Notes: generated from the letters alone by a model not told the origin. A stretch of 24,000 bases of DNA from Pseudomonadota bacterium (GCA_026388255.1 JAPLKC010000131.1:17373-41372); one strand, 5' to 3'; positions 1 to 11,503 are shown, counted from the first letter of the stretch. A program made the numbers and translations.

Positions 1-1075
1 GCAGGTTAAGCAACGTTGATTTGCCTGAATTTGTATACCCGACAATAGATACGATGGGTATAAGTGAATCCCTCCTTCTTTCCCTCTTTTTATCCCTTAT
101 TTTTCGTATCTCTTCCAGCTTCTTTTGCAGAAATGAGAGCCTTGCCCGTATCCTGCTCTTATTCACCTCAAGTTTTGTCTCGCCGGGACCCCTGGCACCT
201 ATTCCGCCGGTCAATCGTGAAAGAGCGGCATTTTTCTCTGCAAGACGCGGAAGAATATAATTAAGCTGGGCAAGTTCTACCTGTATTTTCGATTCGTTTG
301 TATTAGCGCGTTGGGCAAAAATATCGAGTATCAACTGATTTCTGTCAATAACCTTAAGTTCGGTCAGGGCTGAGATATTCTTTATCTGGCCAGGGGTCAA
401 TCCCTCATCAAAAACAAGGAGGTCTGCTTCCTGCTGCCGGCATTTCATTATAGTTTCCTCCAGCTTACCCTTGCCGATAAGGTACTTTGGATGCAATTCC
501 TTGGTCCTTTGTATAGCCGTATCCAATACGGCTATCCCTGCCGAATAGCAGAGGTCTCTTGCTTCAGCTATGCTGTCTTCAACATCCTTGTGCCTGCCGG
601 GCAGGACAACGCAGACAAGGACGGCTTGTTCCCTGCCTTCAGCAAGCGTATAAAGACTCCCTTTAGCCTTGGCAAACTCATTCTCAAGCTCGGTTACAAG
701 TCCGATGAAATCAATTTCAAGGTCTTGTATAACCACGGGACCGATAAATTCCCATGCCTTTCCTTTTTTATCCTCCGGTATAAGATGACCGATATGTATC
801 ATCTCTATTGACTCACCTCTTCTTTCGGTGATAGCAGCAACAAGATCAAGCTGTAATATGGCAAGGTCGGTTAAGTCCTCTTTTGAGAGAAGCTCCCCCT
901 CTATGTGCGTGTGGACAAAACGCACCCCTCTGAACCTTTCCCGCCCAACTCTCTCAGTCACAAGTGGAGGTATTTCGATCCTTCCTTTTTCTCCAATCAC
1001 TACATATTCAACAAGACCCCGCCTGTTTATGATAAGACCTACCTGTCTCGATATCTCCCTCGAAATTTGCATCAT
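1..1075 (-). CDS. hflX: GTPase HflX, partial (C-terminal part continues beyond window start)
   Basis: The reverse-complement frame is open from 1216 down to position 1. It is absent from the ORF track because it runs off the edge. The translation reads ...ELHPKYLIGKGKLEE...NQLILDIFAQRANTNESKIQVELAQLNYILPRL...LTGGIGARGPGETKLEVNK...IPIVSIVGYTNSGKSTLLNL. That gives HflX N-domain motifs plus the G1 P-loop GxxxxGKS. The first ATG is at 1075 (MMQISREISRQVG). The HflX-like sequence ELYGKTQGLNRLIKRRLLNLY continues upstream to ~1192, where there is no ATG/GTG/TTG, so the true start is uncertain. Confidence 0.85.
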   Translation of the reverse strand, partial: MMQISREISRQVGLIINRRGLVEYVVIGEKGRIEIPPLVTERVGRERFRGVRFVHTHIEGELLSKEDLTDLAILQLDLVAAITERRGESIEMIHIGHLIPEDKKGKAWEFIGPVVIQDLEIDFIGLVTELENEFAKAKGSLYTLAEGREQAVLVCVVLPGRHKDVEDSIAEARDLCYSAGIAVLDTAIQRTKELHPKYLIGKGKLEETIMKCRQQEADLLVFDEGLTPGQIKNISALTELKVIDRNQLILDIFAQRANTNESKIQVELAQLNYILPRLAEKNAALSRLTGGIGARGPGETKLEVNKSRIRARLSFLQKKLEEIRKIRDKKRERRRDSLIPIVSIVGYTNSGKSTLLNL

Positions 1076-1249
1076 GTTTTTTGCTGTGTCAAAGGTGATA
1101 ATCCGGGAAGGCTCGATTTTTTTTGTGTAGAGATTGAGAAGCCTTCTTTTTATAAGGCGATTAAGCCCCTGTGTTTTGCCGTAGAGTTCTATGGTCTGCC
1201 TCGTTTTTAAATTGTTTTAGCCATTTGTTAGGGTTTAAACAACCTTTAG

Positions 1250-1744
1250 TTATTCGTTGACAATAAGATCTCCGTCTATCTCTACAGATACAGAGAATTT
1301 GACACTGTCGAGGAGTATCATTACACGGTCTTTACCTTCCAGTTCCTTTTCAAATATCCCGCTTATACCTTTAAAAGGTCCGTCTTTAACCAGAATTTTT
1401 TCACCCTTTTTAAACTGTTTCTTTTCAAGCGTTGCTACACCGTCTTCAAGTCTGTATCTGATAAATGCTATCATCTCATCTTGTACAGGGACAATCTTGC
1501 CGCCAAAATGTACGATTGTCTTCACGCCCCTTGTATACTTTATAAGGTGAAAATCATCTATAGGATGAAATCTTGCAAAGATATATCCCGGGAACATCTG
1601 CTCAACCACATAGATAAATTTACCATCCTTATATTTTCTCAGTTTAAGCTTCGGGGCAAGAACTTCTATATCTCCGCTTGAAAGATTGTTTGCAGCCCTG
1701 TCCTCGTTTTTTGGTTTAGTATTCACGACAAACCATCTCTTCAT
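1250..1744 (-). CDS. NusG/RfaH-family transcription antitermination paralogue (NGN + KOW domains)
   Basis: 164-aa ORF. The NGN-type N-terminus reads MKRWFVVNTKPKNEDRAANNL...FPGYIFARF. The C-terminal KOW-like segment reads FKKGEKILVKDGPFKGISGIFEKEL..DRVMILLD. It is too short and divergent to be housekeeping NusG. It sits directly upstream of hflX on the same strand. Confidence 0.75.
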   Translation of the reverse strand: MKRWFVVNTKPKNEDRAANNLSSGDIEVLAPKLKLRKYKDGKFIYVVEQMFPGYIFARFHPIDDFHLIKYTRGVKTIVHFGGKIVPVQDEMIAFIRYRLEDGVATLEKKQFKKGEKILVKDGPFKGISGIFEKELEGKDRVMILLDSVKFSVSVEIDGDLIVNE

Positions 1745-1978
1745 ATAGTTCCCTTAATCATATTTACCACTCATTATCATTTAAAATACACAATTTTGCA
1801 AGTCAAATGAATGCTCATCAAATCCATTATCCAAGACATACCTCGAATGATGTTTTCCATTGCAGTTTTCATTCGATGCCGGGAGAGGCTTTTATCCCGA
1901 AACTTTACAGGCAATTGGGGGTGCCCTTTCTCTCAGATATTCTGAAAGATCTTTTATATAAGAAATCTGCTAAATAAC

Positions 1979-2007
1979 TTGACATAATTAAGTATTTTTA
2001 ATATCAT
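1979..2007 (+). promoter_or_regulatory. Candidate sigma70 promoter for the phosphodiesterase operon; possibly a leaderless transcript
   Basis: TTGACA (1979-1984), a 17-nt spacer, then TATCAT (2002-2007). The ATG at 2015 lies 8 nt after the -10 box and no Shine-Dalgarno precedes it. Confidence 0.3.
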
Positions 2008-2014
2008 GAAATAA

Positions 2015-2779
2015 ATGAAGATAGAAATACTCGGGTGTTATGGAAATGTAACGGGCAATTACAGGGCAACGTCGTTTCTTGTAAACGATACCCTTCTGAT
2101 AGACGCAGGCACGGTTACTGAAGTGCTTGACGATAAACAGTTGGGTCGTATAAAAAATGTGATTATAAGTCATACGCACATTGATCACGTTAAGGGTATT
2201 TTCCCCTTTGCTGATGAGCTTGCCATGATGAATATAGAAGGCTTGAAACTCCTGAGCGTGAAAAACATACTTGATATTATATCTAAAAACCTCTTCAATA
2301 ACCTCATATGGCCTGATTTTACCATAATACCTTCTGTGAACAACGCCATCATAAATCTGCAGGAAATAGCGCTTGAGCAGGAATCACTCATAGATAACAT
2401 CATCATAAAACCTGTTCTCATGACACACACCGTTTATACAGTCGGGTATGTGATAAAAGAAGGCGAAAAGGGCTTCATGTTCACTGCAGACACCGGTCCT
2501 ACGAAAAGGTTCTGGGAGGTGGCAAGAGAAGAGAAAGGCATAGAATTTATTATTGCCGACGTCTCATTTCCAAACCGCTTAGAGGGCATGGCAAAGATTT
2601 CCGGACACATGACGCTGTCCATACTCATTGAGCATCTTGACAGGTTCGGGCTTGACGATATGCCGGTTTATATAAGCCATATAAAACCCATTTTCCTGAA
2701 TGAAATTCTGAATGAATTAACTCTATCAGAAAGAAGTAATATCAAACCTCTTGAACAGGGGGCCAGGATAGTATTATGA
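2015..2779 (+). CDS. MBL-fold hydrolase resembling class-II 3',5'-cyclic-nucleotide phosphodiesterase
   Basis: 254-aa ORF. The N-terminus is MKIEILGCYGN...SFLVNDTLLIDAGT. The metal motif ISHTHIDHVKGI is close to the class-II cNMP phosphodiesterase signature HxHLDHxxG. Confidence 0.7.
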   Translation: MKIEILGCYGNVTGNYRATSFLVNDTLLIDAGTVTEVLDDKQLGRIKNVIISHTHIDHVKGIFPFADELAMMNIEGLKLLSVKNILDIISKNLFNNLIWPDFTIIPSVNNAIINLQEIALEQESLIDNIIIKPVLMTHTVYTVGYVIKEGEKGFMFTADTGPTKRFWEVAREEKGIEFIIADVSFPNRLEGMAKISGHMTLSILIEHLDRFGLDDMPVYISHIKPIFLNEILNELTLSERSNIKPLEQGARIVL

Positions 2780-2827
2780 TATACTATAGGTGATTTTAAA
2801 TATAAATCTAATATAACGGGGTGGGTT

Positions 2828-4405
2828 ATGAAGAAATATTTTATTACTTTTGCTTCATGTTTTTTTATTTTATTTCTTGCGGGTTTTGCCTTTAGTGAAA
2901 CCTTATTTGACCAAGGCCTCAAAGACTTCAAAGATGAAAACTATGAAGAGGCCCTTGCAAACCTCATTGAGGCTCGTAAGCTTGAACCCACCTCAACAAC
3001 GGCAGCCTTTTATCTCGGACTTACCTACAAAATCCTGGAGAATTACAAAGAGGCTGTGCCTCATCTGCGGGATGCCGTCACCTTCAGCCCTCCTGTCAGG
3101 GAAGCCCTTGTAGAGCTGATAGACTCATTATATCAGACTGAAAACTTAGATGAAGCAAATAAATGGATTGCAGTGGGTGAAAAAGAAGGCATCGCTCCTG
3201 CACGTATTCAATTCCTGAAAGGGCTCAATTTGCTTAAAGAAAACAAAAACGCCGACGCCATTGTTGCCTTTGAGAAAGCAAAGGAGATGGACAAGACCGT
3301 TGCCCAGGCAGCCGATTTCCAGATCGCCAGCGCCTATATGAAGATAGGAAAGCTAAAGGACTCACAGAAACGTTTTAAATCATTGATTACCCTTGATCCC
3401 ACATCAGACCTCGCCACCTATGCAAGGGATTACGACAGGGCCGTAACAGACAAGATAGAGGCGGAACGACCTTTCAGGTTCAATGTGAGCCTCGGCTACA
3501 AATACGATTCCAACGTGAATGCACGGCCTGCATCAGGTACTGTCTTCGATAACCCGAATAACTCATCTATGGTTTCCGGTCAGGAAGACACAGCGCTCAA
3601 TGCAAACATCCGTGCCATTTACATCGCACCTTTCTCTTTCAAAACCCCCTATAGCCTTTCCGTGCAGTACACCCTATCTGCCGACCGTTATATGAGAAGG
3701 GACGATTACAACTTGGCGCAACAGTCTGTCACGGTCACCCCCGGATACAGCTTCAGCAAGGTTGCTCTTACCGTACCGCTTCTATTCGGCTATATCAACC
3801 TGCAGAGGGAAAAGGGCAATGATTTCCTGAACAAACTTGACTGGTGGTCGGATACCCGGTATCTCCTTACTATGGGACTCACCCCTACAGCAAGATATAT
3901 GATCAACGACAAGAATATTCTGGAGCTTACTTACGGGTTTATGCGGAATAAATATTACAATACTACCGAAATTACCGTGGCTCCGGACCCCAATGAAGAC
4001 CGGGACGGCGAGAGCAACAGTGGCTCTCTCGGATGGACATACTTTTTTAAAGAAGGAACAGGAATATTTACCATTAAGTATACCTATACCGCCATGGGAA
4101 CCGACGGGCACAACTGGTCCTATGATGAGGACAGGTTCAGCCTGAGTTTCCTCTATCCACTGAAGAAGAACCTCAAGTTCCAGTATTCATCGGATGCCGC
4201 ATTTACAAAATACAAACACGACAACACGATCTTTAACATCGCAAGAAGGGACGATACATTCACCAACTCCATCGGCCTTATCTATACGCTTTTCAAGAAT
4301 ATGGACATTATCGGACAATTTACCTATACTAAGGACAATTCCAATATAAGCACATACGATTATGACAAATCCATTGCTTCTATCAGTGTAGAATACAGGT
4401 TTTAA
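2828..4405 (+). CDS. Outer-membrane protein: signal peptide + N-terminal TPR region + C-terminal beta-barrel (Slam/DUF560-like architecture)
   Basis: 525-aa ORF with a signal peptide (FITFASCFFILFLAGFAFS). TPR-like helices cover aa ~25-200 (YEEALANLIEARKLEP, AAFYLGLTYKILENYKEAVPHLRDAV, ADAIVAFEKAKEMD). The C-terminal ~320 aa show an alternating aromatic/polar strand pattern. The protein ends in a typical OMP beta-signal, ISVEYRF. Confidence 0.75.
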   Translation: MKKYFITFASCFFILFLAGFAFSETLFDQGLKDFKDENYEEALANLIEARKLEPTSTTAAFYLGLTYKILENYKEAVPHLRDAVTFSPPVREALVELIDSLYQTENLDEANKWIAVGEKEGIAPARIQFLKGLNLLKENKNADAIVAFEKAKEMDKTVAQAADFQIASAYMKIGKLKDSQKRFKSLITLDPTSDLATYARDYDRAVTDKIEAERPFRFNVSLGYKYDSNVNARPASGTVFDNPNNSSMVSGQEDTALNANIRAIYIAPFSFKTPYSLSVQYTLSADRYMRRDDYNLAQQSVTVTPGYSFSKVALTVPLLFGYINLQREKGNDFLNKLDWWSDTRYLLTMGLTPTARYMINDKNILELTYGFMRNKYYNTTEITVAPDPNEDRDGESNSGSLGWTYFFKEGTGIFTIKYTYTAMGTDGHNWSYDEDRFSLSFLYPLKKNLKFQYSSDAAFTKYKHDNTIFNIARRDDTFTNSIGLIYTLFKNMDIIGQFTYTKDNSNISTYDYDKSIASISVEYRF

Positions 4406-4415
4406 GGAGGTTATT

Positions 4416-7157
<2,742 letters not shown>

Positions 7158-7162
7158 ACGAC

Positions 7163-7687
7163 ATGCATATGACAAAAAGAACGGTCATTGCCTGCTTCTT
7201 TATAATCTGTATTGTTGCCGTACTGGATATGCTCCCGGTTTCAGCACAGGAACTTAAAATCGGGATTTTCGACCTCCAAAAGATCATGAGGGAGTCAAAA
7301 ACCGTTGGCGGTTACCGCCAGGATTTTCTGAAAAGCATTGAAACAAAAAGAAAGCCTCTACAGGATAAAGAAGAATTTGCAAAGGCTATTGAAGACAAGA
7401 TCAAAAAGGATGGCAGCAGTCTTTTGCCGGGGGACAGGAAGGCCATTGAAGAAAAGCTTGTTGACGAAAGCAAGGAAATCAGAAGGATGAAAGAGGATTT
7501 TAACGCCGAGGCGATGAAGATGGACAGGGAACTGGCACAGAAGGCCTTTTTGGAAATAGATGTAATTATCAAAAAAATAGCCGAACAGGAGAATTATACT
7601 ATCATATTTGAAAAAACTGCTGCCGGAATAGTCCACTTTAAAAACACGGTTGATATCACAGGCAAGATACTTGAACAATTCAAGTAA
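7163..7687 (+). CDS. Skp/OmpH-family periplasmic chaperone
   Basis: The track ORF 6983..7687 overlaps the previous gene. A sensible start is the in-frame ATG at 7163 (or 7169), which gives MHMTKRTVIACFFIICIVAVLDMLPVSAQELKIGIFDLQKIM. That is a signal peptide followed by the charged coiled-coil-like body typical of OmpH/Skp. Confidence 0.7.
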   Translation: MHMTKRTVIACFFIICIVAVLDMLPVSAQELKIGIFDLQKIMRESKTVGGYRQDFLKSIETKRKPLQDKEEFAKAIEDKIKKDGSSLLPGDRKAIEEKLVDESKEIRRMKEDFNAEAMKMDRELAQKAFLEIDVIIKKIAEQENYTIIFEKTAAGIVHFKNTVDITGKILEQFK

Positions 7688-7698
7688 GTATTACAGTA

Positions 7699-7726
7699 AG
7701 CCCTGCCTTACAGTCAGGGCTTTTTT
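7699..7726 (+). terminator. Rho-independent terminator between convergent genes
   Basis: The stem agccctg (7699-7705) pairs with cagggct (7715-7721) around a 9-nt loop. A T6 run follows at 7721-7726. It lies between the skp stop (7687) and the cyclase stop (7728). Confidence 0.75.
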
Positions 7727-7727
7727 A

Positions 7728-9686
7728 CTACTTCTCAGAAAACTTCACCACTTCTTTTTCTGCAGAACACTCTGCAATAGCGCATTCCTCTCCCTCTCCT
7801 AAAGATGATATCGCATAGATTGCAACAGGCTCGGCTTTGCCCTTTACCGCAACCCTGTCAAGCCCTTCGACTTTTAGTCTCCACATCTTCCCTTCGGTGA
7901 TTATCCCTCTTATTTTATCGAGGGTAGATTCTGTAATAATGACGTCCGAGTCGTATTTACGTGTAAGTCCCTCCACCCTTGCGCCCAGGTTCACATTGTC
8001 GCCAATAACCGTATAATCCATCTTTTTCCCTTCAGCACCGATATTGCCTACGATAACCTCACCGGTATTGATGCCGAAACCTGCATAAAGAGACTCTCTG
8101 CCTTCAGATTCCCATTTTGCATGAAGCTCACCCAACCTCCTCTTCATATGAAGCGTACATTTGACTGCAAGCTCTGCATGGTTTTCCTGGGGCAAGGGGG
8201 CGCCCCAGAAGGCGACAATCTCATCCCCCACAAACTTGTCAAGGGTGCCCTCCCATTGGAATATTATATCCGTCATCTCTCCAAGATATTCATTGAGAAT
8301 TTGCACAACCTGCTCCGGCGAATGTTTCTCTGAAAATGTTGTAAAACCCCGCACGTCTGAAAACATGACGGTAATTTCCCTTCTCTCGCCGCCAAGTTTT
8401 GCAAGGCTTGGATTCTTTATAAGTTCATTGACAACTCTTTCCGTCACATAACTCGAGAACATGCCCCGTATCCTTTTGGCATACCGCTCCTCTGTTGCAT
8501 ACCGGTAAGCCGTTATAGTAAAATATGTAATTACCAGGTTGCTCCCTGTAAAGCTTAAGTCAATCCATATATTTTTCTCGAAAAAGAAATAATTGGCAAT
8601 CAAATAAAGCGCTCCTATAAAAACAAAGGAGAGAAGGGCGCCGAATAACGCTTTTAGCCTTACAATCAAAATAGAGAAAATTATGCCGGAGATAAGAATA
8701 ATCAAAATATTTGTAAGATTTGTGATTCTAAAAATAAAATCTTTATGCAATATAGATGTTATAACATTCGCGTGCTTCTCCACACCGGCCATGATCCCTG
8801 TGGGTGTTACCCTCAAATCATATATCCCTACCGCAGTTGCCCCGATAAGAACGATCTTGTCTTTAATTTTAGATGGGGCTACCTTGTTCTGAAGAACATC
8901 AAGAGCAGATATTTGCGGCGTCGTCCCCTCCGGCCCATAGTAGCGTATGAGCGTCCTACCCCAGAAATCCGTAGGGATAAAGCTATCCCCCAGTTGAATC
9001 CCATCGGTTGCCTTCAGCGTCATTGCCTCCATTGGCAAGCCCATAAAAACCCTTGCTGCCTGGAGGCTTATGGATGGAAATATTTCCCCGTCGAATTCCA
9101 CGGCCATTATTTCCCACCTGAGGACCCCGTCCTTGTCCGGGATCATATTAATATGACCGAGTGTCTTTGCACCCGCTGAAATTTCCTTTAACGGCATAAG
9201 GACTTTATTGGCGCTTATAGGTGGAAATATCTTAAAATTACCGGAGTCGCGCACCATAGGGAAAGAACTGTCATACAGAATATTCTCGCTTATCTTGCTT
9301 TTTTCACCCTTAAAATCAAAAACAACAGGGAGGATAACGTTTCCGGCTTTTTTTATGGATGCTGCAAGAACATCATCGTCTTTCCAGGGTTCGCTGAAAA
9401 TAATATCCAGAGCAATGACCTTTGCTCCCATTTCATTTAAAGCATCTATCATAAGGGCTACTTTGCTCCTGTCCCAGGGCCATCTTCCTATTTTTTCAAG
9501 GCTTTTGTCGTCAATCCCCACAATTACGACCTCTTTCAACGGAGCTTTCATTCCATGAATATGATATCTTACATCGTAGAGAAGAAGTTCAAGGCGCTCA
9601 AGAGGAACAAATTTGATGACAACAAGTGTAGCAAATATAAGTGTAATAATGACCCCGATTATTGTTGGAAGGAGTGTTTTTCTCAT
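7728..9686 (-). CDS. CHASE2-sensor class III adenylate/guanylate cyclase
   Basis: 652-aa ORF with an N-terminal TM helix. The periplasmic CHASE2-like region reads VVIVGIDDKSLEKIGRWPWDRSKVALMIDALNEMGAKVIALDIIFSEP. TM helices follow around aa 330-400. The C-terminal class III cyclase motifs are REITVMFSDVRGFTTFSE...KFVGDEIVAFWGAP...GINTGEVIVGNIG...DYTVIGDNVNLGARVE. Confidence 0.9.
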   Translation of the reverse strand: MRKTLLPTIIGVIITLIFATLVVIKFVPLERLELLLYDVRYHIHGMKAPLKEVVIVGIDDKSLEKIGRWPWDRSKVALMIDALNEMGAKVIALDIIFSEPWKDDDVLAASIKKAGNVILPVVFDFKGEKSKISENILYDSSFPMVRDSGNFKIFPPISANKVLMPLKEISAGAKTLGHINMIPDKDGVLRWEIMAVEFDGEIFPSISLQAARVFMGLPMEAMTLKATDGIQLGDSFIPTDFWGRTLIRYYGPEGTTPQISALDVLQNKVAPSKIKDKIVLIGATAVGIYDLRVTPTGIMAGVEKHANVITSILHKDFIFRITNLTNILIILISGIIFSILIVRLKALFGALLSFVFIGALYLIANYFFFEKNIWIDLSFTGSNLVITYFTITAYRYATEERYAKRIRGMFSSYVTERVVNELIKNPSLAKLGGERREITVMFSDVRGFTTFSEKHSPEQVVQILNEYLGEMTDIIFQWEGTLDKFVGDEIVAFWGAPLPQENHAELAVKCTLHMKRRLGELHAKWESEGRESLYAGFGINTGEVIVGNIGAEGKKMDYTVIGDNVNLGARVEGLTRKYDSDVIITESTLDKIRGIITEGKMWRLKVEGLDRVAVKGKAEPVAIYAISSLGEGEECAIAECSAEKEVVKFSEK

Positions 9687-9772
9687 ATGCGAATTTGTCC
9701 TTTTTCAAGCATTACTAATGTGGTATAGTAGACAGATAGTATCATATTGAATTATTAAATTAAATATTTATC

Positions 9773-9826
<54 letters not shown>

Positions 9827-9936
9827 TGGACCTTATGGAGCTCGAAAATATTGGTTAATTAGTTGTTTTTACTTACTATTTAAGAAAATTAATTTCATGG
9901 GGTTTTAATAAAATACCCTATTTTTTAATGTTTTTT

Positions 9937-9969
9937 ATCACAGTTTTATTACAGTTTTATCACAGTGGG
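9937..9969 (+). repeat. Three tandem 11-nt direct repeats next to the tRNA fragment
   Basis: The units are atcacagtttt, attacagtttt and atcacagtggg, contiguous from 9937 to 9969. Confidence 0.8.
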
Positions 9970-10061
9970 CATTCAATAAGAGCCGAGAAAATATTAGCGC
10001 AAATAATGGATTTGTCATAGGCATCTATTTTGAATGGAGTATGTATATTTGCACAAAAGTG

Positions 10062-10574
10062 TCAGAATTTATCTGAACAAAAGTACTTGACGAATGTACC
10101 GATTATGTACTCCCTGCCACCGGCGTTGTCTTTGCCGTGTATTGTGATCGTTTCCCCGGTCCTGTTTATAACAACTTGATATACATTTCCGTACTGGTCG
10201 GTCAACATAGTATCGTATCCTGTCACCTTTATCCGCCAAAGTTCCACCTGAGTAAAGCAAATGCTGGAGGTGATATAACAGTAGTATTTATCTTTAAGAT
10301 ATTCATAAAGTACCAGGGTCATGTCCTTTAGCTCAAGATATACGTCACGAGATGGATTATTCGGTGCTCTTTGCCAGGCACAGCCATTGAATTTGGCAAG
10401 AAAACTCTCTATTTCGTTTTTTTGATATGTTCCATCAGATACATTGCCGGATGATAGGGGCGGCGTTGCAGATTGAAGATTCTGAGAGCAAACGGATACT
10501 GGAAGGAAAACAAGACAAAGCAAGCACGCAAGCAGCGCAACGAAAAACAGGTATTGTCTTTGAATATCAAACAT
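10062..10574 (-). CDS. Exported hypothetical protein
   Basis: 170-aa ORF with a hydrophobic signal-like N-terminus (LFFVALLACLLCLVFLPVSVCSQ). I recognise no motif. Several Cys residues are present. Confidence 0.55.
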   Translation of the reverse strand: MFDIQRQYLFFVALLACLLCLVFLPVSVCSQNLQSATPPLSSGNVSDGTYQKNEIESFLAKFNGCAWQRAPNNPSRDVYLELKDMTLVLYEYLKDKYYCYITSSICFTQVELWRIKVTGYDTMLTDQYGNVYQVVINRTGETITIHGKDNAGGREYIIGTFVKYFCSDKF

Positions 10575-10736
10575 TCTTCTGTTCCATAGGATAGTGGGAT
10601 AGTCTTTTAATTAGGCTATACTGAAAATGGACTTTTTACAAGTGCCAAACCGGCATGACCCATATCCCCTCTATTCACCAATTGTTGATGTAGCCTTTAT
10701 CGATTCTCTTTGCCGTGGCATATCCTGCAAGGGTGC

Positions 10737-10765
10737 TTGACACATATAACTTCATGTGCTATTAC
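10737..10765 (+). promoter_or_regulatory. Candidate sigma70 promoter firing into a non-coding structured region
   Basis: TTGACA (10737-10742), a 17-nt spacer ending in TGc (extended -10), then TATTAC (10760-10765). The predicted start at ~10771-10773 coincides with the 5' arm of the long stem at 10769. Confidence 0.35.
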
Positions 10766-10768
10766 AGC

Positions 10769-10886
10769 AAACAAGGGACACTCATAGCCAGATATGGTAT
10801 GAAGCCCGTAGCAACCTTATGGGGTGGAATAAAAATGAAGCCCGTGATGTTTTTGCGAGCTAATTAACTCTGGGTGTCCCTTGTTT
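10769..10886 (+). ncRNA. Candidate structured RNA or MITE-like element: a 16-bp closing stem around ~86 nt
   Basis: aaacaagggacactca (10769-10784) pairs with tgggtgtcccttgttt (10871-10886). Thirteen pairs are a perfect run, followed by one G-T and two further pairs. The interior holds a direct repeat of atgaagcccgt at 10799-10809 and 10835-10845. It also holds a small hairpin, cccgta/tatggg. No ORF covers it. Confidence 0.3.
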
Positions 10887-10999
10887 CATACATTGCTTAT
10901 TTTTCTCAGCCCTTTTAATGAAAGCCCCACCTATTTTGATATTCGTTACTTGGTTTTATTGATTCTTTCCTGTGAATAGCAGAAAATTATCGCTTCTAC

Positions 11000-11255
11000 C
11001 CACCTATCAAACATACAGGCTTTCCTGCAAATCTGAGAATTATTGAAGTCGAGATTTGCAACTGGTGCGTTTGTGTAGCAGCTTTCATTCGATAATGCAC
11101 AAGGATGATCAATATGAAAATTGTTTTACCAAATTATTAAAGCCACCTACCAATCAAGCCTATGGCCCTTTCAATGGATCCGATGATTATTTATTGAAGT
11201 CGAGATTTGCAACTGGAGCGTTCGAATGGCAGCTTTCTTTCCGTAATCCGCAAAA
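11000..11255 (+). repeat. Tandem duplication of a ~145-151-bp non-coding unit with a 26-nt identical core
   Basis: The core ttattgaagtcgagatttgcaactgg occurs at 11040-11065 and again at 11191-11216. Similarity continues downstream (gcgtt..gcagctttc.tt..g.taat.c.caa) and upstream (ccacctaYcaa at 11000 and 11143). The two copies fall in different reading frames, and copy A hits a stop codon. Confidence 0.85.
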
Positions 11256-11442
11256 GTAATCAGTGGGAAAATTAAATTCGCCGGTTATTAACGCCGCCCA
11301 TAAAACTTGCAGGCCAGGGCATAAGTAAAATTGTCGGTTGCCAGTTGAAATATTTTATCGCCATCGAAGAAATATTATTTAAAAATATTGTCTGTTAATT
11401 ATCAAACTTATATTCAGCATTTTTTTCAAAATATATTTTCCA

Positions 11443-11476
11443 CTGCCATACACTTGGCAGTCAGGCATGGTATAAA
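11443..11476 (+). promoter_or_regulatory. Palindromic operator + extended -10 promoter of WYL regulator 1 (site 1)
   Basis: CTGCCA (11443-11448), tacact, TGGCAG (11455-11460), then 10 nt ending in TGg, then TATAAA (11471-11476). The RBS ggagg and the ATG at 11504 follow. Confidence 0.6.
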
Positions 11477-11503
11477 ATACACAAGAAACATGTGGAGGTA
11501 TAA

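Noticed and set aside
21-1210. Five plus-strand track ORFs (21-260, 64-264, 491-811, 828-1130, 905-1210)
   Set aside because: They are antisense to a clear, continuous HflX reading frame on the minus strand. Their translations are low-complexity (Ser/Phe/Leu/Pro-rich) and carry no motifs. I treat them as shadow ORFs.
8121-9558. Several plus-strand ORFs (8121-8333, 8161-8451, 8683-8892, 8745-9179, 9208-9558)
   Set aside because: All are antisense to the CHASE2 cyclase gene, whose domain motifs run uninterrupted along the minus strand.
11040-11216. The 26-nt repeat pair read as a minimal CRISPR array
   Set aside because: There are only two copies, and the intervening 125 nt is far longer than a spacer. 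The flanks of the repeats are also homologous, so this is a tandem duplication. No cas genes are in view.
11056-11259. A 67-aa track ORF spanning the tandem repeats
   Set aside because: The two repeat copies fall in different frames, and copy A has a stop in the frame used by copy B. Conservation is at the nucleotide level. There is no RBS.
11455-11476. TGGCAG read as the -24 element of a sigma54 promoter (also at 15160 and 18507)
   Set aside because: No GC element occurs at the required -12 spacing (TGGCAC-N5-TTGC). The TGGCAG is the right half of a perfect palindrome with CTGCCA, and a sigma70-type extended -10 follows at a fixed 10-nt distance.
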